Below, piece after piece: positions 37,562-47,002 of a stretch of DNA of 64,000 nt. The notes below the pieces were generated by a model that was not told the DNA's origin, did not search any database, and was given only the letters and a program-made list of their open reading frames with translations. Origin of the DNA: Candidatus Lustribacter sp. (lineage in GTDB: Bacteria; Vulcanimicrobiota; Vulcanimicrobiia; Vulcanimicrobiales; Vulcanimicrobiaceae); assembly GCA_965277805.1 (NCBI GenBank), contig OZ255842.1, forward strand, positions 160,001-224,000. The letters are read 5' to 3'. A program made the translations under genes and the position numbers. The first letter of the stretch is position 1, and the number at the start of each line of letters is the position of its first letter.

Positions 37562-38659
37562 ATGGACGCCACACTACCGGCAATCGGCCAAGCAGCATTT
37601 CGCGCGTTCTTCGTGTACGATGTCGCGGATACGATCGATCTTGGTTTGCTGCAAACCGTTCGCGGAGCCGGGGTGACGCGCGCGCCGCTGCAACTGCGGC
37701 GTGAGGCCAGCTCTGAATTTATACAATATCCCGTCGCCCCGCTGATCGTCCGCCTGCCCGACTTGGAAGAATACGGCGCCAGCGTCCGGGCGAAAATCTT
37801 CGACTTCGGCGTGGTGTCGATCCGCATCAGCGTGCGATACGACGGCGAGTGGGCCGGATTTGCGGAGCTCGGGCGAAAACTGCGGCGTGACGACCGTTTC
37901 GAGACCCTGGCGCGGGCGACGCTCGAAGACGTGCTGACGGAAATTCGTCCGGCCTTGGTCGAACCGCACACCGTGCTCGTCGAAGATTACTTCGTCTTCG
38001 ATGTCGCGCGCTTCGAACCGCAGATCGACGCGGGCCAGCTCTCCGGCACCTTCGCAGGCGATCTCGCGAAGCTGTTGCTGTTTGAAGTCGAGCCGCTCGA
38101 GTCGCGTCAGCAAGACGAAGCGCTGCGCGTCGCGCTCTCGTATTTTCCCGACGACCTCGTCGTCGTCCAGTGGGACGCCGCGTTCGTCTACGACCGGCCC
38201 GATGGCGCCGAAGCCATCATCGATATCCTCGAGTACGCGAACGCGCAGCTAGTGGAGTTTCGGACCTACGATGCGCGGCTCGACGACGAGCTCGACGCGA
38301 TCTACGCGCTGCAGCCCGGTCGCCGCGAGCGGCGGCATCTGCGTGGCAGAGAGCCGGCGGAGCGGGCCGACCGCGTGCGCTTCCTGCTGGTGGACATCCT
38401 CGAACTCACCGATCGCACGGCCAACGCCCTCAAAGTGATCGGCGATGCGTACTACGCCCGCCTCTATCGCGCGGCGGCGGGACGTCTCGGCCTCGCCGAC
38501 TGGCAAGGTCAAATCGATGCCAAGCTGCGCAGCGTATCCGAGATCTACCGCGTCTATCAGGATCAGGCGCAGTATGCGCGCAGCGAATTTCTCGAGATCG
38601 TCATCATCGTGCTCATCGCCATTGAGGCTGTGATCGGCGTTCTCGCATTGCGCCATTGA
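37562..38659 (+). CDS. Conserved hypothetical protein (RMD1/DUF155-like, C-terminal TM helix)
   Basis: FDFGVVSIR; ILEYANAQLVEFRTYDARLD; GDAYYARLY; RSEFLEIVIIVLIAIE. Confidence 0.7.
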   Translation: MDATLPAIGQAAFRAFFVYDVADTIDLGLLQTVRGAGVTRAPLQLRREASSEFIQYPVAPLIVRLPDLEEYGASVRAKIFDFGVVSIRISVRYDGEWAGFAELGRKLRRDDRFETLARATLEDVLTEIRPALVEPHTVLVEDYFVFDVARFEPQIDAGQLSGTFAGDLAKLLLFEVEPLESRQQDEALRVALSYFPDDLVVVQWDAAFVYDRPDGAEAIIDILEYANAQLVEFRTYDARLDDELDAIYALQPGRRERRHLRGREPAERADRVRFLLVDILELTDRTANALKVIGDAYYARLYRAAAGRLGLADWQGQIDAKLRSVSEIYRVYQDQAQYARSEFLEIVIIVLIAIEAVIGVLALRH

Positions 38660-38679
38660 GAAGGCGTACTTACGGAGAC

Positions 38680-39321
38680 TTACTCGCGCGCGTATATGAT
38701 GATTGAGAGATAGGTCATCGGAAGCTTGCGCAAGTCCTCGGGTCCGTGCGGCGCCGATGCATCGAAAAAGAGCGAATCGCCCCTTTTTAGCACGTACGTT
38801 TTGTCGGCATGCCGGTATCCGACCTCACCGGTGAGCATGTAGATAAACTCGACGCCCTGGTGTTGAAAAATGGGATACGGATCGGCGTCGTCGCTCAGGG
38901 TGATGAGATAGGGTTCTACGGCAATTTCGCTTTTGACCGAATGGCCGAGGAGCTGATAGAGGTGGCCTGAACTCGTCCCGCGCCGTTCAATTGGAAGACC
39001 CTTCCCAGCTCGAACGTATGTGGCGTCATGCTTCTCGTCGAACTTGGCAAAAAACGTTCCGATGGGAACGTTGAGCGCACGCGCGAGTGCCTGCAAGGTT
39101 GCAAGTGAAGCCGAGGTCCCGCCATTTTCAATTTTGGACAACATACCGATCGACAACTCGGCCTGCGTCGCCAAGTCCAAAACCGTCATGTCGTTTTTCT
39201 TACGCAGGGCGCGAACTTGACTACCGATGGCAGCTTCGAGCGATTGGCTCTCCGAGGGGCGCGCCCCGCTTTCGGTCCCTATCCGCGCGCCCGGCTTCGG
39301 TCCGGCTTTGTTCGATCGCAT
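38680..39321 (-). CDS. XRE-family HTH + cupin transcriptional regulator
   Basis: IGSQVRALRKK...LSIGMLSKIENG; FQHQGVEFIYMLTG; GDSLFFDASAPHGP. Confidence 0.92.
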   Translation of the reverse strand: MRSNKAGPKPGARIGTESGARPSESQSLEAAIGSQVRALRKKNDMTVLDLATQAELSIGMLSKIENGGTSASLATLQALARALNVPIGTFFAKFDEKHDATYVRAGKGLPIERRGTSSGHLYQLLGHSVKSEIAVEPYLITLSDDADPYPIFQHQGVEFIYMLTGEVGYRHADKTYVLKRGDSLFFDASAPHGPEDLRKLPMTYLSIIIYARE

Positions 39322-39378
39322 CAGCGCCTCCGTTCCAGCATCCGCTAGGATGTTGGACGGAGGCTGCGATTTACCGGC

Positions 39379-40890
39379 TTAGGACGCGATCTCCTCGGGC
39401 TCCTCGGCGTGGATCACGATCGACTTAGGCGAGGTGCCGTAGCGGCTTCCGATATCCTCGAGGTCCGCCTCGATCTTGCGCATCACGTCGCCCGAGCCGT
39501 TCTTGCGAATGAAGAGCCACCCCACACCGATCGCCAAATAGATTGCGAATGCATACGGGAAGTAGCGTACCGGCGGATCCGGCATCGGATAAAAGCTGCC
39601 GACGATCGGAATGAGCAGAAACAACAGCGCGAGAGCGGAAAGCACCAGTGCGCTGGGCGTCAATATGCCGTTCTTCCTAAGGTACACGGGCGCGGCGATC
39701 GCAATCAGGACGTATCCGATGATGAACCCGTAGGACGACAGCGTTCCGCCGTCATTGAGCAGATCGACGGGCCCGAGGCCCCAGACTTTCATGCAGATGA
39801 AACCGATGGCGAGTGCGATCCCGGCGCACCACGAGACCGATACGTGCGGTGTCGCGTTCACCTTGTGGGTTTCGCCGACGGACGAATGGAGCAGACCGTG
39901 CCGGCTCATGGAGAACAAGACGCGGCAGCCGGCGGTGAAGCTCGCTAGCGTGCAACCGAACGCGCTTACGAGAACCATGACCAGCAGGACCGGGGCAGCC
40001 CAGCCGACGCCGGCAAATTTAGCCATGACGCCCAGGGTGTCGGCGTTACCATCCAGCGTTGTGTGTGTCGCGGCGAAGGCGCCCAACATTCCAAAGCTGC
40101 TCACGGTGTAAAACAGGCACGCGATGACGACGGCGCCGATGACGGCCCGTGGAATCGTCTTGAGCGGATTTTTGGCTTCCTCGCCGAGTGTACTCGAGCT
40201 TTCGAAGCCGATGTCGGCGAAAATCGCTAAGACGAGTCCCAGCGAGAGCCCGCCGAACGAAAAGCCTTGAAGCGTCAATTGGGGAATGTAGAAGTGGAAC
40301 GGGACCTTCACCAAAACCACGGCTAAGAGAATTGCAATCAGCGCCATGCCGCTGAATTCAAGAATGAGCATCAATTTCGTCGACAGGCGGATGTCGCGAT
40401 AGGCGATATACCACGGCACGAGAATCGCGATGGCGTACGTGACGTATGGCCAGATCGCCCCCTTCGGCGATCCGGCTAAAAGCAGCATGAAATTGGCGGC
40501 TGCGCCGGCGAGCGCAATGCCGCAGCCGACGTAGGCAACCAGCCATCCCCACCCGACCATGACGCCCCACGTCGGGCCCAGTCCCATCGTCGTGTACGAA
40601 TACAGTGAACCCGGGGATGCTGATCGCCGCGCGAACTGATTGACGTTCATGCCGACGAGGATGAGTCCGACGCCGGTAAGCAGGTAGGCGAGCCACGTCG
40701 CGTTCCCGGCCGACACAAAGACCAGCGGGATGATGGCAGCCATCGATGCTGACGGTGCGATGACGGCGACCGATTGGGACAATACTTCAAATTGAGACAG
40801 GCAACGTTTTCGTAATCCGTAGTTGCCTGAATGGTGATCACCATCCGTATTCGAGATAGCATCGGATCGCACAACGTTGATCGTGGCCAT
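39379..40890 (-). CDS. APC family amino acid/amine permease
   Basis: About 12 TM; QFARRSASPGSLYSY; GFESSSTLGEEAKNPLKTIPRA; RVLFSMSRHG. Confidence 0.9.
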   Translation of the reverse strand: MATINVVRSDAISNTDGDHHSGNYGLRKRCLSQFEVLSQSVAVIAPSASMAAIIPLVFVSAGNATWLAYLLTGVGLILVGMNVNQFARRSASPGSLYSYTTMGLGPTWGVMVGWGWLVAYVGCGIALAGAAANFMLLLAGSPKGAIWPYVTYAIAILVPWYIAYRDIRLSTKLMLILEFSGMALIAILLAVVLVKVPFHFYIPQLTLQGFSFGGLSLGLVLAIFADIGFESSSTLGEEAKNPLKTIPRAVIGAVVIACLFYTVSSFGMLGAFAATHTTLDGNADTLGVMAKFAGVGWAAPVLLVMVLVSAFGCTLASFTAGCRVLFSMSRHGLLHSSVGETHKVNATPHVSVSWCAGIALAIGFICMKVWGLGPVDLLNDGGTLSSYGFIIGYVLIAIAAPVYLRKNGILTPSALVLSALALLFLLIPIVGSFYPMPDPPVRYFPYAFAIYLAIGVGWLFIRKNGSGDVMRKIEADLEDIGSRYGTSPKSIVIHAEEPEEIAS

Positions 40891-41011
40891 GGCGTCACTC
40901 CGGGAATTCAGGTGATTGGCGCTAAGTTTACGCTGCGTGTGCGCTTCATCAAACTTGCAAATGCGGAACGTATCTACTTATATATACGCCGTTTGGCCGA
41001 CTTTCTCGTCA

Positions 41012-41060
41012 GGAAACTTAGTTTCCGCGCATTGACTATGACGCGATGCCGCGCTACAGT
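41012..41060 (+). promoter_or_regulatory. Sigma70-type promoter of the mgs operon with an upstream palindrome
   Basis: GGAAACT-T-AGTTTCC palindrome (41012-41026), then TTGACT (41032-41037)-17 nt-TACAGT (41055-41060). Confidence 0.6.
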
Positions 41061-41098
41061 ACCCGGAGACGCGCCGGATTTGGAGCTAATGTTATTTT

Positions 41099-41998
41099 AT
41101 GTGTGGGATCGTTGGAATTTTCTTGAAAGAAGAGCGCCTGAATGCTGACCTCGGCGAGCTCTTGGCGCCGATGCTGCTCTCGATGTCGGAGCGCGGACCG
41201 GACAGCGCCGGCTTTGCCGTTTATGGTACGGGCGCGGACGGGATACGAAAAATGACGCTACACAGCAGTGGGGATGCCTCGCTCGAAAATATTGCCGCCG
41301 ACATCGCGCTCGGCGGCGGCTGCGCCGTTACTGCGACCGTTCGCGGAAATCACTGCGTTCTTGCGGTTGCTGAAGCCGATGTCGACCGCACGGTCGTCTG
41401 GCTTCGCGAGATGCGACCCGAGTTGAACATCACCTCGATCGGCCGGAGCATAGAGATTTATAAAGATACCGGCTTGCCGGGCGAGGTCTGCGATCGCTTC
41501 GGGCTACGCGCGATGCACGGCACCCATGCCATCGGCCACACCCGGATGGCGACCGAGTCGGCGGTCACGACCGACGGCGCGCACCCGTTTTCGACCGGGC
41601 CCGATCAGTGTCTGGTCCACAACGGCTCGCTCTCCAATCACAACTCGCTCCGCCGCAGCCTCATGCACGACGGCCTGCAGTTTCGCACGGAAAACGATAG
41701 CGAGGTTGCGGCGGCATATCTCTCGTGGCGCATGCGACAGGGGTTGAACCTCGGCGGAGCGCTCGAGGCTGCGCTCGCTGACCTCGATGGTTTCTACACC
41801 TTCGTCGTTGGGACGGAGACGGGCTTCGGCGTCTTACGCGATCCGGTCGCATGTAAACCGGCCGTTATGGCGGAGACGGATGCATACGTTGCCTTCGGCT
41901 CCGAATATCGCGCGCTCGCCGCCCTGCCCGGCATCGAACGAGCACGCGTTTGGGAACCCGATCCCGCCACCGTCTATTTTTGGGAGCGCGCCGCTTAG
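41099..41998 (+). CDS. mgsA: N-methylglutamate synthase subunit A (class II glutamine amidotransferase, GlxB)
   Basis: MCGIVG; RGPDSAG; GHTRMATESAVT; HNGSLSNH; TENDSEV; RDPVACKPAV; operon context. Confidence 0.88.
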   Translation: MCGIVGIFLKEERLNADLGELLAPMLLSMSERGPDSAGFAVYGTGADGIRKMTLHSSGDASLENIAADIALGGGCAVTATVRGNHCVLAVAEADVDRTVVWLREMRPELNITSIGRSIEIYKDTGLPGEVCDRFGLRAMHGTHAIGHTRMATESAVTTDGAHPFSTGPDQCLVHNGSLSNHNSLRRSLMHDGLQFRTENDSEVAAAYLSWRMRQGLNLGGALEAALADLDGFYTFVVGTETGFGVLRDPVACKPAVMAETDAYVAFGSEYRALAALPGIERARVWEPDPATVYFWERAA

Positions 41999-42709
41999 GT
42001 GCGCGTGCATCCGCTGCCGCAGGCGCACGTCGCCGACTTGGAGGCGATTCCGGTGCGCCTCCTCAACGCCGCGCTGCATCAGCAGAGCGTGCTGCCGGCG
42101 ATCGAGCGCTGGCGTATCGTGAAGCCGATGGGAAGACATGCGATTGCTTGCGGTCTCGATGCCGACATCGACGTCGAAATTGAGGGGCACGTCGGCTATT
42201 ACTGCGCCGGGATGAACAAGCGCGCGACCGTTCGTATCAACGGAAACGCCGGCGTGGGTCTGGCCGAGAACATGATGTCGGGTCAGGTCACCGTTCGCGG
42301 AGATGCAAGCCAGTCGGCCGGTGCAAGCGGACATGGCGGTCTTCTAATCGTCGGCGGAAACGCCAGCGCGCGATGCGGAATTTCGATGAAGGGCATCGAC
42401 ATCGTCGTTGGAGGTAACGTCGGCCACATGAGTGCCTTCATGGCCCAAGCCGGAAATCTCGTGGTTCTCGGTGACGCGGGCGAGGCGCTCGGCGACTCGA
42501 TCTACGAAGCCCGCATCTTCGTGCGCGGAGCGGTGAAGAGTTTGGGGGCTGATTGCATCGAGAAACCGATGACCGCGCAGCACCTCATGGCCTTGGGCGA
42601 ATTGCTCGAACGCAGCGGTTACGGCAACATCGAGCCCGCGGCATTTCGCCGCTTCGGTTCCGCGCGCCGGCTCTATAACTTCCATGTCGAGAATGTGGGG
42701 GCATACTGA
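41999..42709 (+). CDS. mgsB: N-methylglutamate synthase subunit B (GXGXG domain, GlxC)
   Basis: GHVGYYCAGMN; AENMMSG; ARCGISMKG; GHMSAFMAQAG; LGDSIYEA; GSARRLYNF. Confidence 0.9.
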   Translation: MRVHPLPQAHVADLEAIPVRLLNAALHQQSVLPAIERWRIVKPMGRHAIACGLDADIDVEIEGHVGYYCAGMNKRATVRINGNAGVGLAENMMSGQVTVRGDASQSAGASGHGGLLIVGGNASARCGISMKGIDIVVGGNVGHMSAFMAQAGNLVVLGDAGEALGDSIYEARIFVRGAVKSLGADCIEKPMTAQHLMALGELLERSGYGNIEPAAFRRFGSARRLYNFHVENVGAY

Positions 42710-44037
42710 TGATCGAGCGGTCGCGCTGGATTCACACCGAACCCATCGAGTCGGCCACCTTTAGCGCCGCCGCGCTGGCGGAGATCCGCCGCGCAGCGGC
42801 AACCGGCATTTACGACATCCGTGGCGGGGGCGCCAAGCGTCCGGTGCCGCACTTCGACGATCTGCTCTTCCTAGGGGCGAGCGTTTCGCGATATCCGTTG
42901 GAAGGCTATCGTGAGCGTTGCGGCACCGATGTGACGCTCGGCGCCCGCTTCGCAAAGAACCCGATTCATCTCAAGATTCCGATTACGATCGCCGGCATGA
43001 GTTTTGGCGCGCTCTCATTGCAGGCGAAAGAGGCACTCGGCCGCGGCGCCACGGCGGCGGGAACCAGCACGACGACGGGCGACGGCGGAATGACGGCAGA
43101 AGAACGCGAGCATTCGCAGACGCTCGTTTATCAGGTGCTGCCGTCGCGGTACGGCCTGAACCCGGACGACCTGCGCAGAGCCGATGCGATCGAAGTCGTC
43201 ATTGGCCAAGGCGCGAAGCCGGGCGGCGGCGGGATGCTTTTGGGCCAGAAAGTGACCGAGCGTGTCGCCGCGATGCGGACGCTGCCGGCCGGAATCGATC
43301 AGCGATCGGCATCGAGACACCCCGACTGGACCGGTCCCGATGATTTGGAAATCAAAATCATCGAACTGCGCGAGATCACGGATTGGGAAAAGCCGATCTT
43401 CGTCAAGATCGGAGCGAGCCGTCCGTACTACGATACCTCGCTTGCGGTAAAGTCCGGTGCCGACGTGATCGTGATCGATGGTATGCAAGGCGGCACGGCA
43501 GCAACGCAAAACGCGTTTATCGAAAACGTCGGTATTCCGACCTTAGCCGCGATTCGGCCGGCGGTCCAAGCGCTACAAGAACTCGGGCTTCATCGGAAGG
43601 TGCAGTTGATCGTATCCGGCGGTATCCGAACGGGCGCAGATGTTGCGAAAGCGCTTGCACTTGGTGCCGATGCGGTTTCGATCGGTACCGCAGCGCTCGT
43701 TGCGCTCGGTGAAAACGATCCGGCATATGAAGAAGAATACCGTGCGCTCGGCACGACGGCAGCGGCCTACGACGACTGGCATGAGGGTCTCGACCCGGCC
43801 GGCATTACGACGCAACGGCCCGAGCTCGCGCAACGGCTCGATCCCGTCCTCGCAGGCCGGCGCCTCGCGAATTATCTGGGCGTCCTTACCCTTGAAACGC
43901 AAGCGATCGCCCGTGCCTGCGGAAAGTCGCACGTTCACAATCTGGAACCGGAAGATCTTGTCGCGCTAACGATCGAGGCGGCGGCGATGGCGCGCGTTCC
44001 GTTGGCCGGCACTGATTGGATTCCGGGTCGAATCTAA
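42709..44037 (+). CDS. mgsC: N-methylglutamate synthase subunit C (FMN-binding glutamate synthase-like, GlxD)
   Basis: SRYPLEGYRE; IAGMSFGALS; GQGAKPGGGGMLLGQK; RHPDWTGPDDL; DGMQGGTAATQ. Confidence 0.9.
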   Translation: MIERSRWIHTEPIESATFSAAALAEIRRAAATGIYDIRGGGAKRPVPHFDDLLFLGASVSRYPLEGYRERCGTDVTLGARFAKNPIHLKIPITIAGMSFGALSLQAKEALGRGATAAGTSTTTGDGGMTAEEREHSQTLVYQVLPSRYGLNPDDLRRADAIEVVIGQGAKPGGGGMLLGQKVTERVAAMRTLPAGIDQRSASRHPDWTGPDDLEIKIIELREITDWEKPIFVKIGASRPYYDTSLAVKSGADVIVIDGMQGGTAATQNAFIENVGIPTLAAIRPAVQALQELGLHRKVQLIVSGGIRTGADVAKALALGADAVSIGTAALVALGENDPAYEEEYRALGTTAAAYDDWHEGLDPAGITTQRPELAQRLDPVLAGRRLANYLGVLTLETQAIARACGKSHVHNLEPEDLVALTIEAAAMARVPLAGTDWIPGRI

Positions 44038-44039
44038 GA

Positions 44040-45341
44040 ATGGATCTTGAAGCCAAGGCCGTCGAGCTCGGCATCGACTACTTTCTGATTTGCTTCGCGG
44101 ACCTGGCCGGGACACCACGCTCGAAACTCGTCCCGCGCGAGGCGATCAATGGCATGGCAAAGACCGGCGCAGGCTTTGCCGGGTTTGCAACGTGGCTCGA
44201 CATGACGCCGGCGGACCCCGATCTCTTCGCCATCCCCGATCCGGAAAGCCTCATTCAGCTCCCGTGGAAGAAAGAGGTCGGGTGGCTTGCGGCCGACCCG
44301 TGGATGAACGGTGCGCCGATCGAGCATGCGCCGCGAAATCTTCTCAAGCGGGTGATTGCGCGCGCCGCCGCCGCCCGGCTTCAAATGAAGACCGGCGTCG
44401 AATGCGAGTACTTTCTCATCGCGCCCTCGGGCGAAGCCATCTCCGACCTCGCCGACGTGCAAGCCAAGCCGTGCTACGATCAGCAAGCGCTCATGCGCCG
44501 TTACGATGTGATTACCGAAATTTGCGACGCAATGCGCACGCTCGGCTGGAAGCCGTATCAGAACGATCACGAAGACGCAAACGGCCAGTTCGAGATGAAC
44601 TGGCTCTACGACGATGCCCTCAAGACGGCCGATCGTCATTTGTTCTTCAAATACATGACGAAGTCGATCGCCGAGAAGCATGCCATGCGTGCGACCTTCA
44701 TGCCGAAACCGTTTACCCATCTGACGGGAAACGGTTGCCACACGCACGTTTCAGTGTGGGACATGGATTCGGCGGCGAACCTCTTCGAGGATCCGGCGGG
44801 CGAACTTGGGCTCTCCGAACTCGCCTATCGCTTCATCGGCGGCGTCATGCATTCGGCCGACGCGTTGTGCGCCATTACGAATGGGACGATCAACTCCTAT
44901 AAGCGCATCAATGCTTCCATCACCCTTTCGGGCGCCACCTGGTCGCCGAACACCATATCCTATTCCGGCAACAATCGCACGCACATGATTCGGATTCCGG
45001 AGCCCGGCCGGTTCGAGTTTCGCCTTCCCGACGGCGCTGCCAACCCGTATCTTTTGCAGGCCGGCATCCTCTCGGCCGGACTAGATGGCATCGAAAATGC
45101 GCGCGATCCCGGCAAGCGCCTCGACATCAACATGTACGTCGACGGGCACCAAGCCGGCGACGTCCGCACGCTGCCGCAGAACTTGCTCGATGCGACGCGC
45201 GCTTTTGAGACATCTGGCGTGCTCAGGTCGATGCTCGGAGACGAGTTCATTACGGCATATGCTCGCCACAAGCACGCTGAATGGCGTGGCTTCCACCAGC
45301 ATCTCACCGAGTGGGAGTGCCGGACCACTCTCGATTGCTGA
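44040..45341 (+). CDS. gmaS: Gamma-glutamylmethylamide synthetase (GlnT-type glutamine synthetase homolog)
   Basis: GAGFAGFATW; KPCYDQQALMRRYD; YQNDHEDANGQFEMN; SGATWSPN; GNNRTHMIR; DGAANPYL; ends TTLDC. Confidence 0.9.
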   Translation: MDLEAKAVELGIDYFLICFADLAGTPRSKLVPREAINGMAKTGAGFAGFATWLDMTPADPDLFAIPDPESLIQLPWKKEVGWLAADPWMNGAPIEHAPRNLLKRVIARAAAARLQMKTGVECEYFLIAPSGEAISDLADVQAKPCYDQQALMRRYDVITEICDAMRTLGWKPYQNDHEDANGQFEMNWLYDDALKTADRHLFFKYMTKSIAEKHAMRATFMPKPFTHLTGNGCHTHVSVWDMDSAANLFEDPAGELGLSELAYRFIGGVMHSADALCAITNGTINSYKRINASITLSGATWSPNTISYSGNNRTHMIRIPEPGRFEFRLPDGAANPYLLQAGILSAGLDGIENARDPGKRLDINMYVDGHQAGDVRTLPQNLLDATRAFETSGVLRSMLGDEFITAYARHKHAEWRGFHQHLTEWECRTTLDC

Positions 45342-45348
45342 CGCGCCG

Positions 45349-46488
45349 ATGATTTACGACGCGATCGTCGTCGGACTCGGCGGAATGGGCAGCAGCGCGC
45401 TCGCGCATGCCGCCGGCCGCGGAATGCGCGTTCTCGGTCTCGAGCGATTCGGCCGCGTTCACGATCTCGGCTCGTCGGCGGGCCGCTCGCGAATCATTCG
45501 CCAAGCGTATTTTGAAGACGCAGCATACGTACCGCTCGTGCAGCACGCATACGATCGCTGGCGAGAATTGGAACGCGCGACCGGTCTACCGATACTCAAC
45601 CTCACCGGCGTGCTGCTCGTCGGCACGCCGCAACACGATTCGGTCGTCAATGCGCGCGCAAGCGCCATCACGCACGGCTTGCCGTTCGAAGAGTTGGACG
45701 CCGGGGAGATTGCGCGCCGTTATCCCTCCTTTGCCCCCCGCAGCGACGAAATCGGGATTTTCGAGGCCAACGCCGGGTTCGTCATTCCCGAAACGGCCAT
45801 CGAGGGCTATCTGCGCGTCGCACATCAAGCGGGAGCTGAGATGCGGTTCGATACGCCGCTCAAGAAATGGCGTGCGACGTCAAGCGGCACGTTTATCGTC
45901 GAGGCCGGCGACGAATCGATGTACGAAACGCGGCGGCTCGCTCTATGCATGGGAGCATGGTTCGAATCGGTTGCAGCAGAGATCGGTATTCCGATCGTTA
46001 TTGAGCGGCGCGTTCAGCACTGGTTCGCCCAAGCAGATGGCGCGCTCGGACCGGCCCAGGTGCCCACGTTTCTCGTCGACCGCGTCGAGCAGCCGTCGCG
46101 CATGTACGGGTTCCCCAATGTTGGCGACGGAGTCAAAGCAGCGTTTCATGCCATCGGCGAGGCGACGCACGCAGACGACTTGGATCGCATCGTGCACGAG
46201 TCCGATATCGAACCCCTGCGCGTGGCGCTCGAGGCGTGGCTCCCGGGGTCGACGGCACGGTACGCCGGCGGAAAGGTGTGCATGTACAGCCTCACACCGG
46301 ACGAACACTTCGTGCTCGGACGACATCCGCATTATACCGGCGTTGTGCTCGCCGGCGGTTTCTCCGGTCACGGCTTCAAATTCGCCTCTGCGATCGGTGA
46401 CGTGATCGCCGATTTGCTCGCTGACGGAGTGACGGGTCGCGACATCGCCTTTCTGTCGCCCGAGCGGTTTACGCCGCAACCTTGCTGA
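45349..46488 (+). CDS. solA: Monomeric sarcosine oxidase / N-methyltryptophan oxidase-like flavoprotein
   Basis: YDAIVVGLGGMGS; GSSAGRSRIIRQAYFE; VCMYSLTPDEHF (covalent-FAD Cys position); GFSGHGFKF. Confidence 0.88.
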   Translation: MIYDAIVVGLGGMGSSALAHAAGRGMRVLGLERFGRVHDLGSSAGRSRIIRQAYFEDAAYVPLVQHAYDRWRELERATGLPILNLTGVLLVGTPQHDSVVNARASAITHGLPFEELDAGEIARRYPSFAPRSDEIGIFEANAGFVIPETAIEGYLRVAHQAGAEMRFDTPLKKWRATSSGTFIVEAGDESMYETRRLALCMGAWFESVAAEIGIPIVIERRVQHWFAQADGALGPAQVPTFLVDRVEQPSRMYGFPNVGDGVKAAFHAIGEATHADDLDRIVHESDIEPLRVALEAWLPGSTARYAGGKVCMYSLTPDEHFVLGRHPHYTGVVLAGGFSGHGFKFASAIGDVIADLLADGVTGRDIAFLSPERFTPQPC

Positions 46489-46945
46489 TCGACACTTCGA
46501 GGAGTGCGTTGAGCGCGGCGAGCGTTTCATGGCCGAGCAACGTGGCCATCTGCGTCTCGGCGCTTTGCCAGAGCGGGGCGGCAGCGAGATATTTCTTGCG
46601 ACCGCTCGGGGTGATCGCCACGGCCCGCACGCGCCGGTCGCGCGGATCGCGGGCGTCTTTGACCCAGCCTTCGGCGACGAGCGGTTTGAGGTTGCGCGTG
46701 AGGGTCGTCGGGTCCATGCCGCGCGCGTGGGCGAGCGTGCCGATCGCGATTCCGCCGCTTTCGCCCGGCCCGGCCGTCGCCAGATAGGCGAGCAGGCCGA
46801 ACTGGCCGATCGTGAGGCCCGCCGGTTCGAGCGCCTGGTCGTAGAGCTGCGTGACGTGCCGGCCGGCTCGCCGGATGCGTGAACACGTGCAATTACGGAG
46901 TTCACGAGTCGACGGTTTTTCAACGTCGGTAGCGGTTTTCGGCAT
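46469..46945 (-). CDS. MarR family transcriptional regulator
   Basis: CTCSRIRRAGRHVTQLYD; MDPTTLTRNLKPL; DRRVRAVAITPSG. Confidence 0.9.
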   Translation of the reverse strand: MPKTATDVEKPSTRELRNCTCSRIRRAGRHVTQLYDQALEPAGLTIGQFGLLAYLATAGPGESGGIAIGTLAHARGMDPTTLTRNLKPLVAEGWVKDARDPRDRRVRAVAITPSGRKKYLAAAPLWQSAETQMATLLGHETLAALNALLEVSISKVAA

Positions 46946-46947
46946 GG

Positions 46948-46979
46948 TTGACACCCATGATAGCATGCATATACAGCTA
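46948..46979. promoter_or_regulatory. Divergent marR/MATE promoter with imperfect palindromic operator
   Basis: TTGACA at 46948-46953; TAGC-ATGCATATACA-GCTA near-palindrome at 46961-46979. Confidence 0.5.
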
Positions 46980-47002
46980 AATCAACCGCCGAAAGACGTG
47001 TT

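Noticed and set aside
41099-45341. Ordinary GS/GOGAT nitrogen assimilation genes
   Set aside because: The split glxBCD architecture and GlnT-specific motifs match MgsABC/GmaS, not GltBD/GlnA.
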